In this document: positions 7,925 to 17,357 of the stretch, one piece after another
How the letters are laid out: every line of letters starts with the position of its first letter
Numbering within the stretch: the stretch's first letter is position 1
Assembly (NCBI GenBank): GCA_041984235.1
Contig: JBHIYN010000005.1
Location: 264,941-328,940 of the forward strand
Source: Gammaproteobacteria bacterium
GTDB lineage: Bacteria > Pseudomonadota > Gammaproteobacteria > Ga0077536
Length of the DNA: 64,000 nucleotides
Direction: 5' to 3'
The notes under the pieces: model-generated
Told to the model about the DNA's origin: nothing
Database searches by the model: none
What the model saw: the letters and a program-made list of their open reading frames with translations, nothing else
Position numbers and translations under genes: made by a program

Positions 7925-8953
7925 GTGCTGCGCGCTCTGCTCCTGCTGGGCCTCGCCGTGGCCGCCGCGCCGGCCGGCGCGGTCATCGCGCCCGGCGACG
8001 TCGCAGTCATCTACAACCGGAATTCCCTCACCAGCACCGAGCTCGCGCACGACTACGCCGGGCGTCGCGGGGTGCCGGCGGCGCAGGTTCTCGGCATCGC
8101 CCTGGAAGCCAACCAGCCGGCCATTCCGGCCGCCGTGTTCACGCCGCTCTACGACCGCCTGCTGCAGCGCGTGCCGTCGCACGTGCAGGCCTTCGTCCTG
8201 GTCTGGTCACGCCCCTACCGCGTCGATTGCATGTCCGTCACCAGCGCCTTCGCCTTCGGTTTCGATCGCCGTTACTGCGCCGAGGGCTGTCACCCGACCG
8301 CCGAGAATCCCTACCACGGCGCATCCTCCGATCGACCCTTCGACGATTTCGGCATACGCCCGGCGATGCTGCTCACCGCGGGAAGCGCCGAGGCGACCCG
8401 GCAGCTCATCGCGCGCGGCGTGCACGCCGACTACTCGCGCCCGCGCGGCAGCGCCTACCTGGTGGTCACGCCCGATCGTCACCGCAACACGCGGATTCCG
8501 CGCTTCGCCGTGGCCGAGCGCCTGTTCCGCGAGCGCCTGCCGGTGCGCTTCGTGCAGGGCAACGGGCTGGTCGGACGTACCGACGTCATGTTCTACTTCG
8601 TCGGTGCCAGGACGGTGCCGCACATCGCCACCAATACCTTTCTCGACGGCGCCATCGCCGATCACCTGACCTCCACCGGGGGCGTGCTCGGCGGCAGCTC
8701 GCAGATGGACGTGCTGTCCTGGATCGCCGGCGGCGCCACCGGCAGCTACGGCACCGTGGTCGAGCCGTGCAACTTTCCGCAGAAGTTTCCCGATCCACCG
8801 ATAGTGATGGGCCAGTACCTCAACGGCGACACCCTGCTCGAAGCCTACTGGAAGAGCGTGCTGTGGCCCGGCCAGGGGCTGTTCGTTGGCGAACCGCTGG
8901 CGCGGCCCTACGCCTACGCGCAGCGGACGCCCGGGGGTGCCGGCCGGCAATGA
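7925..8953 (+). CDS. Secreted hypothetical protein (possibly TIGR03790-like)
   Basis: 342 aa with signal peptide MLRALLLLGLAVAAAPAGA. The N-terminal VAVIYNRNSLTSTELAHDYAGRRGVPAAQV resembles a conserved hypothetical family I recall only loosely. Lies 12 nt after the VWA gene. Confidence 0.7.
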   Translation: MLRALLLLGLAVAAAPAGAVIAPGDVAVIYNRNSLTSTELAHDYAGRRGVPAAQVLGIALEANQPAIPAAVFTPLYDRLLQRVPSHVQAFVLVWSRPYRVDCMSVTSAFAFGFDRRYCAEGCHPTAENPYHGASSDRPFDDFGIRPAMLLTAGSAEATRQLIARGVHADYSRPRGSAYLVVTPDRHRNTRIPRFAVAERLFRERLPVRFVQGNGLVGRTDVMFYFVGARTVPHIATNTFLDGAIADHLTSTGGVLGGSSQMDVLSWIAGGATGSYGTVVEPCNFPQKFPDPPIVMGQYLNGDTLLEAYWKSVLWPGQGLFVGEPLARPYAYAQRTPGGAGRQ

Positions 8954-9153
8954 GAGGCCACCTGGCGCCACTGCTCTACCTGTTGCTGCTGGCCGGCGCG
9001 GTGCCGTGGTACTGGCCGGCGGACCACCGCGTGCTGTGGTTCGGCCTGCCGGCCTGGGTGGTGGTCGCGATTGGCGTGTCCTGCGCGGCCTCGATCCTGA
9101 CCGCGGCCCTGCTCGCGCGGCGCTGGCCCGGGGAGGACGGCGGCGATGACTGA
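8950..9153 (+). CDS. Small two-TM membrane protein coupled to the symporter (DUF3311-like)
   Basis: Hidden inside spurious track ORF 8227..9153. MRGHLAPLLYLLLLAGAVPWYWPADHRVLWFGLPAWVVVAIGVSCAASILTAALLARRWPGEDGGDD. Its ATG overlaps the upstream stop, and its 3' end overlaps the symporter start by 8 nt (9146-9153). Confidence 0.6.
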   Translation: MRGHLAPLLYLLLLAGAVPWYWPADHRVLWFGLPAWVVVAIGVSCAASILTAALLARRWPGEDGGDD

Positions 9154-10672
9154 CCTGGTGCCACTGGGCGCCGGCGCGTGGGCCTTCATCGGCGCCTACC
9201 TGCTGTCACTGATCGGGATCGGCTGGCTGGCCAAGCGCGCCCGGCGCGCGGACACCCTGAAAGATTTCTACCTCGCCGGCCAGGGCTTCGGATTCGTGGT
9301 GCTGTTCTTCACGCTTTTCGCCACCCAGTACTCGGGCAACACCTTCTTTGCCTTCACCGGCGCGACCTACCGCATCGGCTTCGCCTGGATCCTGAGCCTG
9401 CACTTCATGACCGCGGTGGTCATCGCCTACCTGCTGTTCGCGCCGCGCCTGCACGCGCTGGCGCGCGAACGCGACTATCTCACGCCGGCGGACTTCATCC
9501 AGGATCGCTACGGCAACCGCCTGCTGACGCTGTTGGTCACCATCATCATGATCGTGGTGCTGTGCAACTTCCTGCTCGCGCAGCTGATGGCGATGGGTCG
9601 TGCCATGCAGGGGCTGGCACACGACAGCGGGGTGACCGCGTATGCCGGTGGCGTTGTCGTGCTGGCCCTGATCATGGTCATCTACGGCACCCTCGGCGGC
9701 TTGCGCGCGGTGGCCTGGACCGATGCCCTGCAGGGCGCCATTCTCGCGGTCGGCTTCGTCTTCCTGATCGGCCTGCTGCTCGATCGCTTCGGTCCGCTGG
9801 AGCAGGCCACGCGCATCATCCTCGAACGCGACCTTGCCAACGGTACGCGCAAGGCGTTGCCGCCCGACGCCGCGCGATGCCGCGAATGGCTGAGCTACAT
9901 CCTCACCGTCGGCTTCGGCATCTGCCTCTACCCGCAGGCCATCCAGCGCATCTACGCCGCGCGCTCGGCGCGCGTGCTGCGCCAGTCGCTGGCGGTGATG
10001 GCGTTCATGCCGCTGCCGACGATGATCATCGCGCTGATCGCCGGCATCATGGCGCTGGCCTACATCCCCGGCCTCGAAGGTGCCTCGGCCGACCAGATCT
10101 TCGGCCGCGTGCTGCGCGAGATCCAGAACCACTCGACGCTCGGCTACGGGCTGGTGGTGGTGACGCTGTCGGCGGTGCTGGCAGCGATGATGTCGACCGC
10201 GGATTCGGCCCTGCTCTCGATCTCCTCGATGCTGACCAAGGATGTGTGCGCCGCGCACCTGCTGCCGGGCGCCAGCCAGGCGCGCCTGACGCGCATCGGC
10301 AAGGTCTCCTCGTGGACCCTGATCGCGGTGCTCATCGCGCTGGCCCTGGTGCTGCGCGAGAAATCGTCGCTGGTGACCCTGATGGACCGCAAGCTGGACC
10401 TGCTGATCCAGCTCCTGCCCGCGTTCATCATCGGCATTCGCTGGCCCGGGCTGCGCGGCGGCGCGGTGGCGCTCGGCATCGTCGTCGGCGTGGCCCTCGC
10501 GCTGACCCTGGCCTTCGCTGACTTCTCCTTCGCCGCGCGCGGCAAGGTGCAGGGCTTTCATCCCGGCCTGGTCGCACTGCTGCCCAATCTCGCGATCGCC
10601 ATCGGCGGCTCGCTGCTCGCGGGCCGGGCGCGGCCGGCGTCGCCTGCGGGTGACACCCGCGCGGCGGCGTAG
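9146..10672 (+). CDS. Sodium:solute symporter (SSS) family transporter
   Basis: 508 aa and polytopic. The N-terminal AYLLSLIGIGWLAKRA....DFYLAG...FFTLFATQYSGNTF is typical of SSS transporters. Confidence 0.9.
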   Translation: MTDLVPLGAGAWAFIGAYLLSLIGIGWLAKRARRADTLKDFYLAGQGFGFVVLFFTLFATQYSGNTFFAFTGATYRIGFAWILSLHFMTAVVIAYLLFAPRLHALARERDYLTPADFIQDRYGNRLLTLLVTIIMIVVLCNFLLAQLMAMGRAMQGLAHDSGVTAYAGGVVVLALIMVIYGTLGGLRAVAWTDALQGAILAVGFVFLIGLLLDRFGPLEQATRIILERDLANGTRKALPPDAARCREWLSYILTVGFGICLYPQAIQRIYAARSARVLRQSLAVMAFMPLPTMIIALIAGIMALAYIPGLEGASADQIFGRVLREIQNHSTLGYGLVVVTLSAVLAAMMSTADSALLSISSMLTKDVCAAHLLPGASQARLTRIGKVSSWTLIAVLIALALVLREKSSLVTLMDRKLDLLIQLLPAFIIGIRWPGLRGGAVALGIVVGVALALTLAFADFSFAARGKVQGFHPGLVALLPNLAIAIGGSLLAGRARPASPAGDTRAAA

Positions 10673-10774
10673 CGGCAGGGCGTGGCCGGGAGTTGCCAAC
10701 CGCGTCACAGTCGCGACGGCAAAACCTCGACTGGTTGGCAGTGGAATCGGGTACTTAGCGCGATCTGCCTGGGC

Positions 10775-10790
10775 TGGAACGGTTGTTGCT
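10775..10790 (+). promoter_or_regulatory. sigma54-type promoter (-24/-12)
   Basis: TGGAACG-GTTG-TTGCT versus consensus TGGCACG-N4-TTGCW, with one mismatch and correct GG-N10-GC spacing. It lies ~40 nt upstream of ATG 10831. Confidence 0.5.
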
Positions 10791-10830
10791 TATTCCCTGC
10801 CAAACGCATTCAGGCACGGAGAGAACAACC

Positions 10831-11037
10831 ATGAACGCCATGCACCAGTACTGTGAATCGGCCCGATTTACCGGCTACAACGACCTCAACGGCCAGTACA
10901 TCCCGTTCGCGACCGCGGACGAGGTGTTCAGCCGCGCGCGCGCCATCGGCGCCCGCGTGCTGCTGCGCCTGGAGCTGAACGAACGCCAGGAGCTGCAGGG
11001 GATCTTCTACACCAACGACCAGAGCCTCTGCAGCTAG
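10831..11037 (+). CDS. Small hypothetical protein (68 aa)
   Basis: ATG preceded by GGAGAG. MNAMHQYCESARFTGYNDLNGQYIPFATADEVFSRARAIGARVLLRLELNERQELQGIFYTNDQSLCS. No family recognised. Confidence 0.5.
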   Translation: MNAMHQYCESARFTGYNDLNGQYIPFATADEVFSRARAIGARVLLRLELNERQELQGIFYTNDQSLCS

Positions 11038-11108
11038 CCGACCCGTCAGGCGCAATCCGACGCTATCGCTACGAAGGCGACGGAACGCGCTGGCCAGGGA
11101 CGGCCACC

Positions 11109-11861
11109 TTGACGCAAGCTTGGGGTTCCCGGTCAACGGAACTCCGAGCCTTGCCGTATCCAGTCCTGCGCCGCGCCGGCGCCATTGCCCTCCTCGCCTG
11201 CAGCGCGTGCACGCCGGGTGGCGCAGACTACCTGCCGCTCGACACGTCGCGCTGGTGGTATTACGAGATCGCCGAAACCATCCTCGATGAGCCGCGCGAG
11301 CGGCGCTACGTGGTGAGCAATGGCGGGCGCATCGGGCTCGACGGCGAAGCAGTGCAGGTACAGCGCGCACAAACCGCTTCGCGTGACTTCCTGCGCCGCA
11401 ACGGCAACGCCGTCGAACGCGTCGCGCACACGCGCCCGGGACTGCCGGCCCTGGTCTACGACCAGCCCCCGCGCACGATCGTGCCCGATCCGGCGAGTAA
11501 GCCCGACGACACCTGGTCGGTGGAGAGTACGCTGGCCCTGATCGAAAGCCGCACCTTCGCGCGCTCCGATCGCGTCATCGTGCGGCGCTACCCGGTCACC
11601 CTGGAGAAGCATCTCGCTGCCACCGACAGCGTGGTCGAGGTGCCGGCCGGACGCTTCGAGCACTGCCTGGAGATCGCCGCGCAGGGCCGTGCCTTCGTGC
11701 GCACCGATCGCGGCAACAGCGAAGCCGAGGTGCAGGTGGCAGTGCGCGAGTGGTATGCGCCGGGTGTCGGCCTGGTCCGCCTCGAGCGCAGCGAGACGTC
11801 CTCCAGCCCGTTTCTGAAACCGGGCCGACAGGTCTGGGCGCTGGCTGACTACGGCGAGTGA
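11109..11861 (+). CDS. Hypothetical lipoprotein
   Basis: Lipobox-like ALLAC|SAC near the N-terminus. An alternative in-frame TTG at 11151 gives a cleaner signal peptide. No family recognised. Confidence 0.7.
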   Translation: MTQAWGSRSTELRALPYPVLRRAGAIALLACSACTPGGADYLPLDTSRWWYYEIAETILDEPRERRYVVSNGGRIGLDGEAVQVQRAQTASRDFLRRNGNAVERVAHTRPGLPALVYDQPPRTIVPDPASKPDDTWSVESTLALIESRTFARSDRVIVRRYPVTLEKHLAATDSVVEVPAGRFEHCLEIAAQGRAFVRTDRGNSEAEVQVAVREWYAPGVGLVRLERSETSSSPFLKPGRQVWALADYGE

Positions 11862-11968
11862 GTCGCGTCCGCGGGCGCCTTGTTGGCGCCTGGCCAATCG
11901 ATTAGTCTGAGCGCCCGCCGCGGGTCGCCTGCGTTCGCGCGGCCCTTCCGACCGAAGCCGGTAACGAC

Positions 11969-13444
11969 GTGACTGCCCAACCGATCCCGCGCGAAGACGC
12001 CGCTCCGCGGCGCGTGGCGCTGACGCGCCGCGTGCTGGCGGATCTCGATACGCCGCTGAGCGTCTACGCACGCCTTGCCGGCGGCCGCAATTCCTTCCTG
12101 CTCGAATCGGTCGAAGGCGGCGAGAAGTGGGGGCGCTACTCGATCATCGGCCTGCCCGCCAAACGCACGCTGGTGGCACGCGGCAATGTGATCGAAGTGC
12201 GCGACCACGACGCCGTCGTCGAGCGCCACGAAGTCGCCGACCCGCTGGCCTTCGTCGAGGATTACCAGCGCCGCGCGGCGCCGCCCTCGGTGGACGGCCT
12301 GCCGCGCTTCTGCGGCGGCCTGGTCGGCTATTTCGGCTTCGACACGGTGCGCTACGTCGAGCCCCGGCTGGCCACCTCCGGACCGCCCGATCCGCTCGGC
12401 ATGCCCGACATCTACCTCATGCAGGTGGACGATTTCGTGGTCTTCGACAACCTGCGCGGCGAGCTGCTGCTGGTCAAGTTCGTCGACGACGAGCCGGCCG
12501 CGCGCGAGCGCGGCGAACGTGAGCTCGACCAGCTCGGCGAGCGCCTCGACGAGCCGCTGCCACGACTGCCGGCGAGCGCGGTAGCGACACCACACGGCGA
12601 GATGGACTTCCACTCCGAGTTCGGTGAACAGGCTTTCCTCGACGCGGTCGAGCGCATCAAGCAGTACATCATCGACGGCGACGTGATGCAGGTGGTGCTG
12701 GCACAGCGCATGTCGGTGGATCTCGACATCGCGCCGCTCAACGTCTACCGCGCGCTGCGTCACCTCAACCCGTCCCCCTACCTCTATTTTCTCGACCTCG
12801 GCGATTTCCAGGTGGTCGGCTCGTCGCCCGAGATCCTGGTGCGCGTCGAGGACGGTACGGTCACCACGCGCCCACTCGCCGGCACCCGTCCGCGCGGCGC
12901 GACGCCGGAGCAGGACGCGGCGCTGGAGCGCGAGCTGCTCGCCGATCCCAAGGAGCTGGCCGAGCACCTCATGCTGATCGACCTCGGGCGCAACGACATC
13001 GGCCGCGTCGCCGAGGTCGGCAGCGTGCGCGTGACCGAGAAGATGGTCATCGAACGCTACTCGCACGTCATGCACATCTCGTCCAACGTCGAGGGTCGCC
13101 TGCGCGCCGACAAGAGCGCACTCGACGTGCTGCGCGCGACGCTGCCGGTCGGGACCCTCTCCGGCGCGCCGAAGATCCGCGCCATCGAGATCATCGACGA
13201 GCTCGAGCCGGTGCGCCGCGGCGTCTACGGCGGCGCGGTCGGCTACCTCGCCTGGAACGGCAACATGGACACCGCGATCGCGATCCGCACCGCGGTGATC
13301 AAGGACGACCGCCTGTACATCCAGGCCGGCGGCGGCGTGGTTGCCGACTCGGTGCCGCAAATGGAGTGGCAGGAGACGATGAACAAGGGCCGTGCGATCT
13401 TCCGCGCGGTGGCGATGGCGCAGGGCGGACTCAAGCTGCGCTGA
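11969..13444 (+). CDS. trpE: Anthranilate synthase component I
   Basis: 491 aa. [37 protein letters not shown] and C-terminal [21 protein letters not shown]...[11 protein letters not shown] are hallmark TrpE motifs. Confidence 0.92.
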   Translation: MTAQPIPREDAAPRRVALTRRVLADLDTPLSVYARLAGGRNSFLLESVEGGEKWGRYSIIGLPAKRTLVARGNVIEVRDHDAVVERHEVADPLAFVEDYQRRAAPPSVDGLPRFCGGLVGYFGFDTVRYVEPRLATSGPPDPLGMPDIYLMQVDDFVVFDNLRGELLLVKFVDDEPAARERGERELDQLGERLDEPLPRLPASAVATPHGEMDFHSEFGEQAFLDAVERIKQYIIDGDVMQVVLAQRMSVDLDIAPLNVYRALRHLNPSPYLYFLDLGDFQVVGSSPEILVRVEDGTVTTRPLAGTRPRGATPEQDAALERELLADPKELAEHLMLIDLGRNDIGRVAEVGSVRVTEKMVIERYSHVMHISSNVEGRLRADKSALDVLRATLPVGTLSGAPKIRAIEIIDELEPVRRGVYGGAVGYLAWNGNMDTAIAIRTAVIKDDRLYIQAGGGVVADSVPQMEWQETMNKGRAIFRAVAMAQGGLKLR

Positions 13445-13456
13445 GCCGCCGGCCGC

Positions 13457-13693
13457 TCAGGCGCCCTGCTCGATGACGACCGCGAGGGTGCCCGCCTCCA
13501 GTCCCTCGCTGCCCTCTTCGACATGCACCGAGTGCACCACACCGTCACTCGGCGCAGTGTGCGGCACCTCCATCTTCATCACCTCCATGATGAACAGGAC
13601 CTCGCCGGCGGCGACCCGCGCGCCCGGCGCCACCAGCATCTTCCACAGGTTGCCGGACATCTCCAGCCGCACCTCGATCGCGTCCGCGCTCAC
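13457..13693 (-). CDS. Biotin carboxyl carrier-like (biotinyl/lipoyl) domain protein, 78 aa
   Basis: The GTG start at 13693 forms a GTGA overlap with the upstream stop. It carries the biotinylation motif EVMKME. The track ORF (to 13822) is over-extended. Confidence 0.75.
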   Translation of the reverse strand: MSADAIEVRLEMSGNLWKMLVAPGARVAAGEVLFIMEVMKMEVPHTAPSDGVVHSVHVEEGSEGLEAGTLAVVIEQGA

Positions 13694-14661
13694 GACTCGA
13701 TGCTCGATTCCGTGCACAGCGCGGTGATCGCGGCGGCGCGCGCCTGCGCCTCGGCCACGGACACCGCCTCGAAATTGAGGATCTCGCCGGGGCGTGCCTG
13801 GCCCAGCTTCCAGAACGCACACTGCGGCACCGTGTAGGGATTGATGAAACCACCCATGCTGGGCGCATCGTTGACCAGGATGATGGGCGTCTGGCCGGCG
13901 AGGTTGATGGCGCCGAGCGGATAGCCCTGGTCGATGATGTTGGCCGGCTCGGAGCCGTGCTCGGGCAGCTTGTCGTGGGCCTTGTCGGTGAACGTCCAGT
14001 CCGGCCCTTCGAGGCGGAAGCCCATGCGGTTGCTCTTCGCCGAGAGCACCCAGTCGCTGGCCAGGAAGCGGGCGTGGCCGGCGGCATCGATCCAGTCGTC
14101 GTTGGGTCCCGCGACCGCCTCCACGCTCCAGCGCCGCGAGTCACCGATCGGCGGCCGCGCCGACTCGCGCACGCGGCGCCCGGCGACCCCGGTGCCGGCC
14201 GCGACCGGCACTACCTGTCCGGCGCTCAGGGCATGACCGTCGATGCCGCCGACCCCGGCCTGGTGGAAGGTCGCGCGTGAGCCGAGCATCGGCGGGTTGT
14301 CGATGCCGCCGGCAACGGCGAGGTAGGCACGCGCGCCGTGTACCGCGTAGGCGAGCTCCAGCGTCTGGCCGGCGCGGACCGCGAGCGAGGTCCACAGCTC
14401 GCACGGCTCGCCATCGAGACTGGCCTGCATGTCGGCGCCGGTCAGCGCGATCACCGTGTCCGCGGCAAAGCGCAGGGTCGGCCCCATGAACTGGCACTCG
14501 AGCGCGGCGTCGCCCGGCGCGTTGCCGACCAGCACGTTGGCGAGGCGGAACGACCAGGCATCCATCGGCCCGGAGGGCGGAAAGCCCTGGTTCCAGTAAC
14601 CGACGCGCCCCGGCCAGTCCTGGATGGCGGTTTCGAGACCGGGCTTGATGACTTCGATCAT
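13690..14661 (-). CDS. KipA / PxpC / allophanate-hydrolase-subunit-2-type carboxyltransferase subunit
   Basis: Start at ATG 14661 (MIEVIKPGLETAIQDWPGRVGYWNQGFPPSGPMD...), the typical N-terminus of this family. The track ORF extends to 14886. Confidence 0.85.
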   Translation of the reverse strand: MIEVIKPGLETAIQDWPGRVGYWNQGFPPSGPMDAWSFRLANVLVGNAPGDAALECQFMGPTLRFAADTVIALTGADMQASLDGEPCELWTSLAVRAGQTLELAYAVHGARAYLAVAGGIDNPPMLGSRATFHQAGVGGIDGHALSAGQVVPVAAGTGVAGRRVRESARPPIGDSRRWSVEAVAGPNDDWIDAAGHARFLASDWVLSAKSNRMGFRLEGPDWTFTDKAHDKLPEHGSEPANIIDQGYPLGAINLAGQTPIILVNDAPSMGGFINPYTVPQCAFWKLGQARPGEILNFEAVSVAEAQARAAAITALCTESSIES

Positions 14662-14671
14662 GGCGGCGCCC

Positions 14672-15544
14672 TCAGAAGCGGACGCTGAGGTCGAGCTTCG
14701 ACACCCAGGCCTTGTAATTGCCGACCGAGAACCGCTGGTACTCGACGATGTTGTAGCGATAGCTGCCATCGGCGATGCGGCGCTCCGCGTCCTCGTACTC
14801 CTCCATCGTGCACGGTACGAACTTGATGCGATCACCGGGCCGGAACAGGCACAGCTCGCCGCCGAACTCCTCGAAGCGGCCATCACGATCCCAGATCGGC
14901 AGCGGCGTGCGCCCGAACAGCTGGTAACCGCCCGGGCTCGCGACCGGGTAGATCGCGGTCGACATGCCGCCCATCGACAGCGTGCCCTGCGGCGTCCACG
15001 TCCGCGGCGGGTTGTACTTGGGCGCGGTCAGGCGGCAGCGCGGGTCCAGCGGCATCAGGAACGCGAGTCCCGGCCAGAAGCCGAGGCTCGCTGCCCAGTA
15101 CTCGGTGCCCGAGTGCACGCGCACGAACTGGGCCACGTCCCGCAGCCCGTTGATGCGCGCCACGAACTCCGGGTCGTGCTCCTTGTCCGGGTTGATCTTC
15201 TGGCGATAGTCGTCGATGCACTCGCGCGACCACGGGTCCAGGTAGAGCGTGGGGAAGTAGAACAAGCGGCTGTCCATCTCGATGTCGTCGCTCGGTCCCT
15301 GCGCAGCGATGAGACGGCCCAACTCGCGCTCGAGGTCGTCGTAGCCGATGCGTTCGGGCTCGTAATGCACCAGGATGGATGCGAACGCCGGCGCGGTTTC
15401 GATGATGCCGTCGATCGGATCGTCGTCCAGCGCCGCGGCAAGGCCCTGCGCCATGAAATTGAGATCGAGGTTCATCTCGTCGCCGAACTCGATCAGCAGG
15501 TAGCGATCGCCGCCGGGACTGAACCTGGGTTGTTCGTAGATCAT
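14672..15544 (-). CDS. KipI / PxpB / allophanate-hydrolase-subunit-1-type carboxyltransferase subunit
   Basis: Start at ATG 15544 (MIYEQPRFSPGGDRYLLIEFGD...). Family-typical ...TGGMSTAIYPVASPGGYQLFGRTP.... Confidence 0.85.
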   Translation of the reverse strand: MIYEQPRFSPGGDRYLLIEFGDEMNLDLNFMAQGLAAALDDDPIDGIIETAPAFASILVHYEPERIGYDDLERELGRLIAAQGPSDDIEMDSRLFYFPTLYLDPWSRECIDDYRQKINPDKEHDPEFVARINGLRDVAQFVRVHSGTEYWAASLGFWPGLAFLMPLDPRCRLTAPKYNPPRTWTPQGTLSMGGMSTAIYPVASPGGYQLFGRTPLPIWDRDGRFEEFGGELCLFRPGDRIKFVPCTMEEYEDAERRIADGSYRYNIVEYQRFSVGNYKAWVSKLDLSVRF

Positions 15545-15720
15545 CGCCTGTCCGTCATCGTAGCGTTCGGTGGCGGGCACCAAGACAGCACCGCCGGTAT
15601 GCAGCCAGCAGTCATCTTAACCCGACCGCCTCCCACGGTGGCCGCCGGGCAGCGATGGCTGTACTTGCGCGCGCGCGGCGTGTAACGTTCGCGCTCGATT
15701 CCGGAACGCTTCCTGGTCTG

Positions 15721-17289
15721 ATGCCCCGACTACTCGAGCAGCGGCTGCGCCGCCTGATCAATTCCGGCAACGCCAGGCTGCTGACCGGCGGCCGCAAGGG
15801 ATTGGAGAAAGAAAGCCTGCGCATCGACCGTAACGGGTCCATTGCGCAGACCCCGCACCCGCACGCCTGGGGTGCGCCGCTGACCCACCCGCATATCACG
15901 ACCGACTACTCCGAGGCCCTGCCGGAGTTCGTCACGCCGGCCTTCACCGACGTCGGCGAAACGGTCGCCTTCCTCGACGACATCCATCGATTTCTCTACC
16001 GCCACCTGAGCGAGCAGGAGCTGCTGTGGGCGGCGAGCATGCCGTGTGCCGTGGCCGACGACAGCGCCATTCCGATCGCGCGTTACGGCTCGTCCGACAT
16101 CGGCCGCCTCAAGCACATCTACCGCGTCGGGCTGGACTATCGCTACGGGCGTCGCATGCAGGCCATCGCCGGCGTGCACTTCAACTACTCCCTGCCCGAG
16201 GCCTTCTGGCCCGGCTACCAGGATGACGAGGGTGGCGGCGAAGCCCTGCAGACGTTCATCGACCGCAGCTATTTCTCGCTGATCCGCAACTTCCGTCGTC
16301 TCGGCTGGCTGATACCGTTCCTGTTCGGCAATTCGCCGGCCGTATGCAAGTCGTTCCTGGCCGGACGCACGACGCGCTTCCGCGAGCTGATGCGCGGGAC
16401 TTACTACCTGCCGCACGCGACCAGCCTGCGCATGAGCGACATCGGTTACAAGAACAAGAACCAGTCGGCACTCACGGTGTCCTACGACAGCCTGGCGGAC
16501 TACGTCGCCAGTCTCAACCGCGCGCTGCACACGCCCTACCCGGAGTACGAGGCCATCGGCCTGTACGATGGCGACGAACGCATTCAGCTCAGCACCAACG
16601 TGCTGCAGATCGAGAACGAGTACTACAGCTTCATTCGCCCCAAGCGCACCACGCGCCCGGGCGAGCGCCCGAACAAGGCGCTCAGCGAGCGCGGCGTGGA
16701 ATATGTCGAGATCCGCGCCCTGGACGTCAACTGCCTGAGCCCGCTGGGGGTCGAGCCCGAGCAGCTCTACTTCATCGAGGCCTTCCTCATCTTCTGTCTG
16801 CTCGAGGACAGTCCCAACCTGACTGCCGAAGAGCTGCGCGCCATCGAGTACAACGAGCTCACCGTGGCGCTGCGCGGGCGCGCGCCCGGGCTGGAGCTGA
16901 TCGAGAACGGCGCGCGGCGCGCGATCCGCGCCTGGAGCCTCGAGATCTGCGACCGCATGCACGTGATCTGCGAGTACCTCGACGCCGGTAACGATGCCGC
17001 CCCGTACAGCCGCGCGCTCAAGCACCAGATCGAGACCATCCGTCACCCCGAGTCCCTGCCCGCGGCGCGTATCCTCGATACGCTCGCGAGCCGTTCACTG
17101 CAGTTCCACGCCTACGCCATGGAGCTCTCGCAACAGCATGCGCAATCCCTGCGCGAGCGCCCGCCGGATGCCGCGGTGGAAGAGAAGTTCAGCGCACTGG
17201 CCACCGCCTCGCATGCCGAGCAGCGCGAACTGGAAGCGACCGCGTCGGGCGCGCTCGAGGACTTCATCACCGCCTACCTGTCGAGCTGA
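15721..17289 (+). CDS. gshA: Glutamate--cysteine ligase (E. coli type)
   Basis: 522 aa from ATG 15721. GLEKESLRI...HPHITTDYSEALPEFVTP is typical of GshA, and the length matches. Confidence 0.9.
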   Translation: MPRLLEQRLRRLINSGNARLLTGGRKGLEKESLRIDRNGSIAQTPHPHAWGAPLTHPHITTDYSEALPEFVTPAFTDVGETVAFLDDIHRFLYRHLSEQELLWAASMPCAVADDSAIPIARYGSSDIGRLKHIYRVGLDYRYGRRMQAIAGVHFNYSLPEAFWPGYQDDEGGGEALQTFIDRSYFSLIRNFRRLGWLIPFLFGNSPAVCKSFLAGRTTRFRELMRGTYYLPHATSLRMSDIGYKNKNQSALTVSYDSLADYVASLNRALHTPYPEYEAIGLYDGDERIQLSTNVLQIENEYYSFIRPKRTTRPGERPNKALSERGVEYVEIRALDVNCLSPLGVEPEQLYFIEAFLIFCLLEDSPNLTAEELRAIEYNELTVALRGRAPGLELIENGARRAIRAWSLEICDRMHVICEYLDAGNDAAPYSRALKHQIETIRHPESLPAARILDTLASRSLQFHAYAMELSQQHAQSLRERPPDAAVEEKFSALATASHAEQRELEATASGALEDFITAYLSS

Positions 17290-17357
17290 GCGGCGCCGGC
17301 ACGGAACTATCCGTGCGGCGCAAGCTCTCAAGCAGACACCCGCAGCAGGAGGCGGCG

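Noticed and set aside
13441-13460. ctgagc-N8-gctcag hairpin spanning the convergent trpE and biotin-carrier stop codons
   Set aside because: It has a 6-bp stem and no U-tract. It may help bidirectional termination but is too weak to call.
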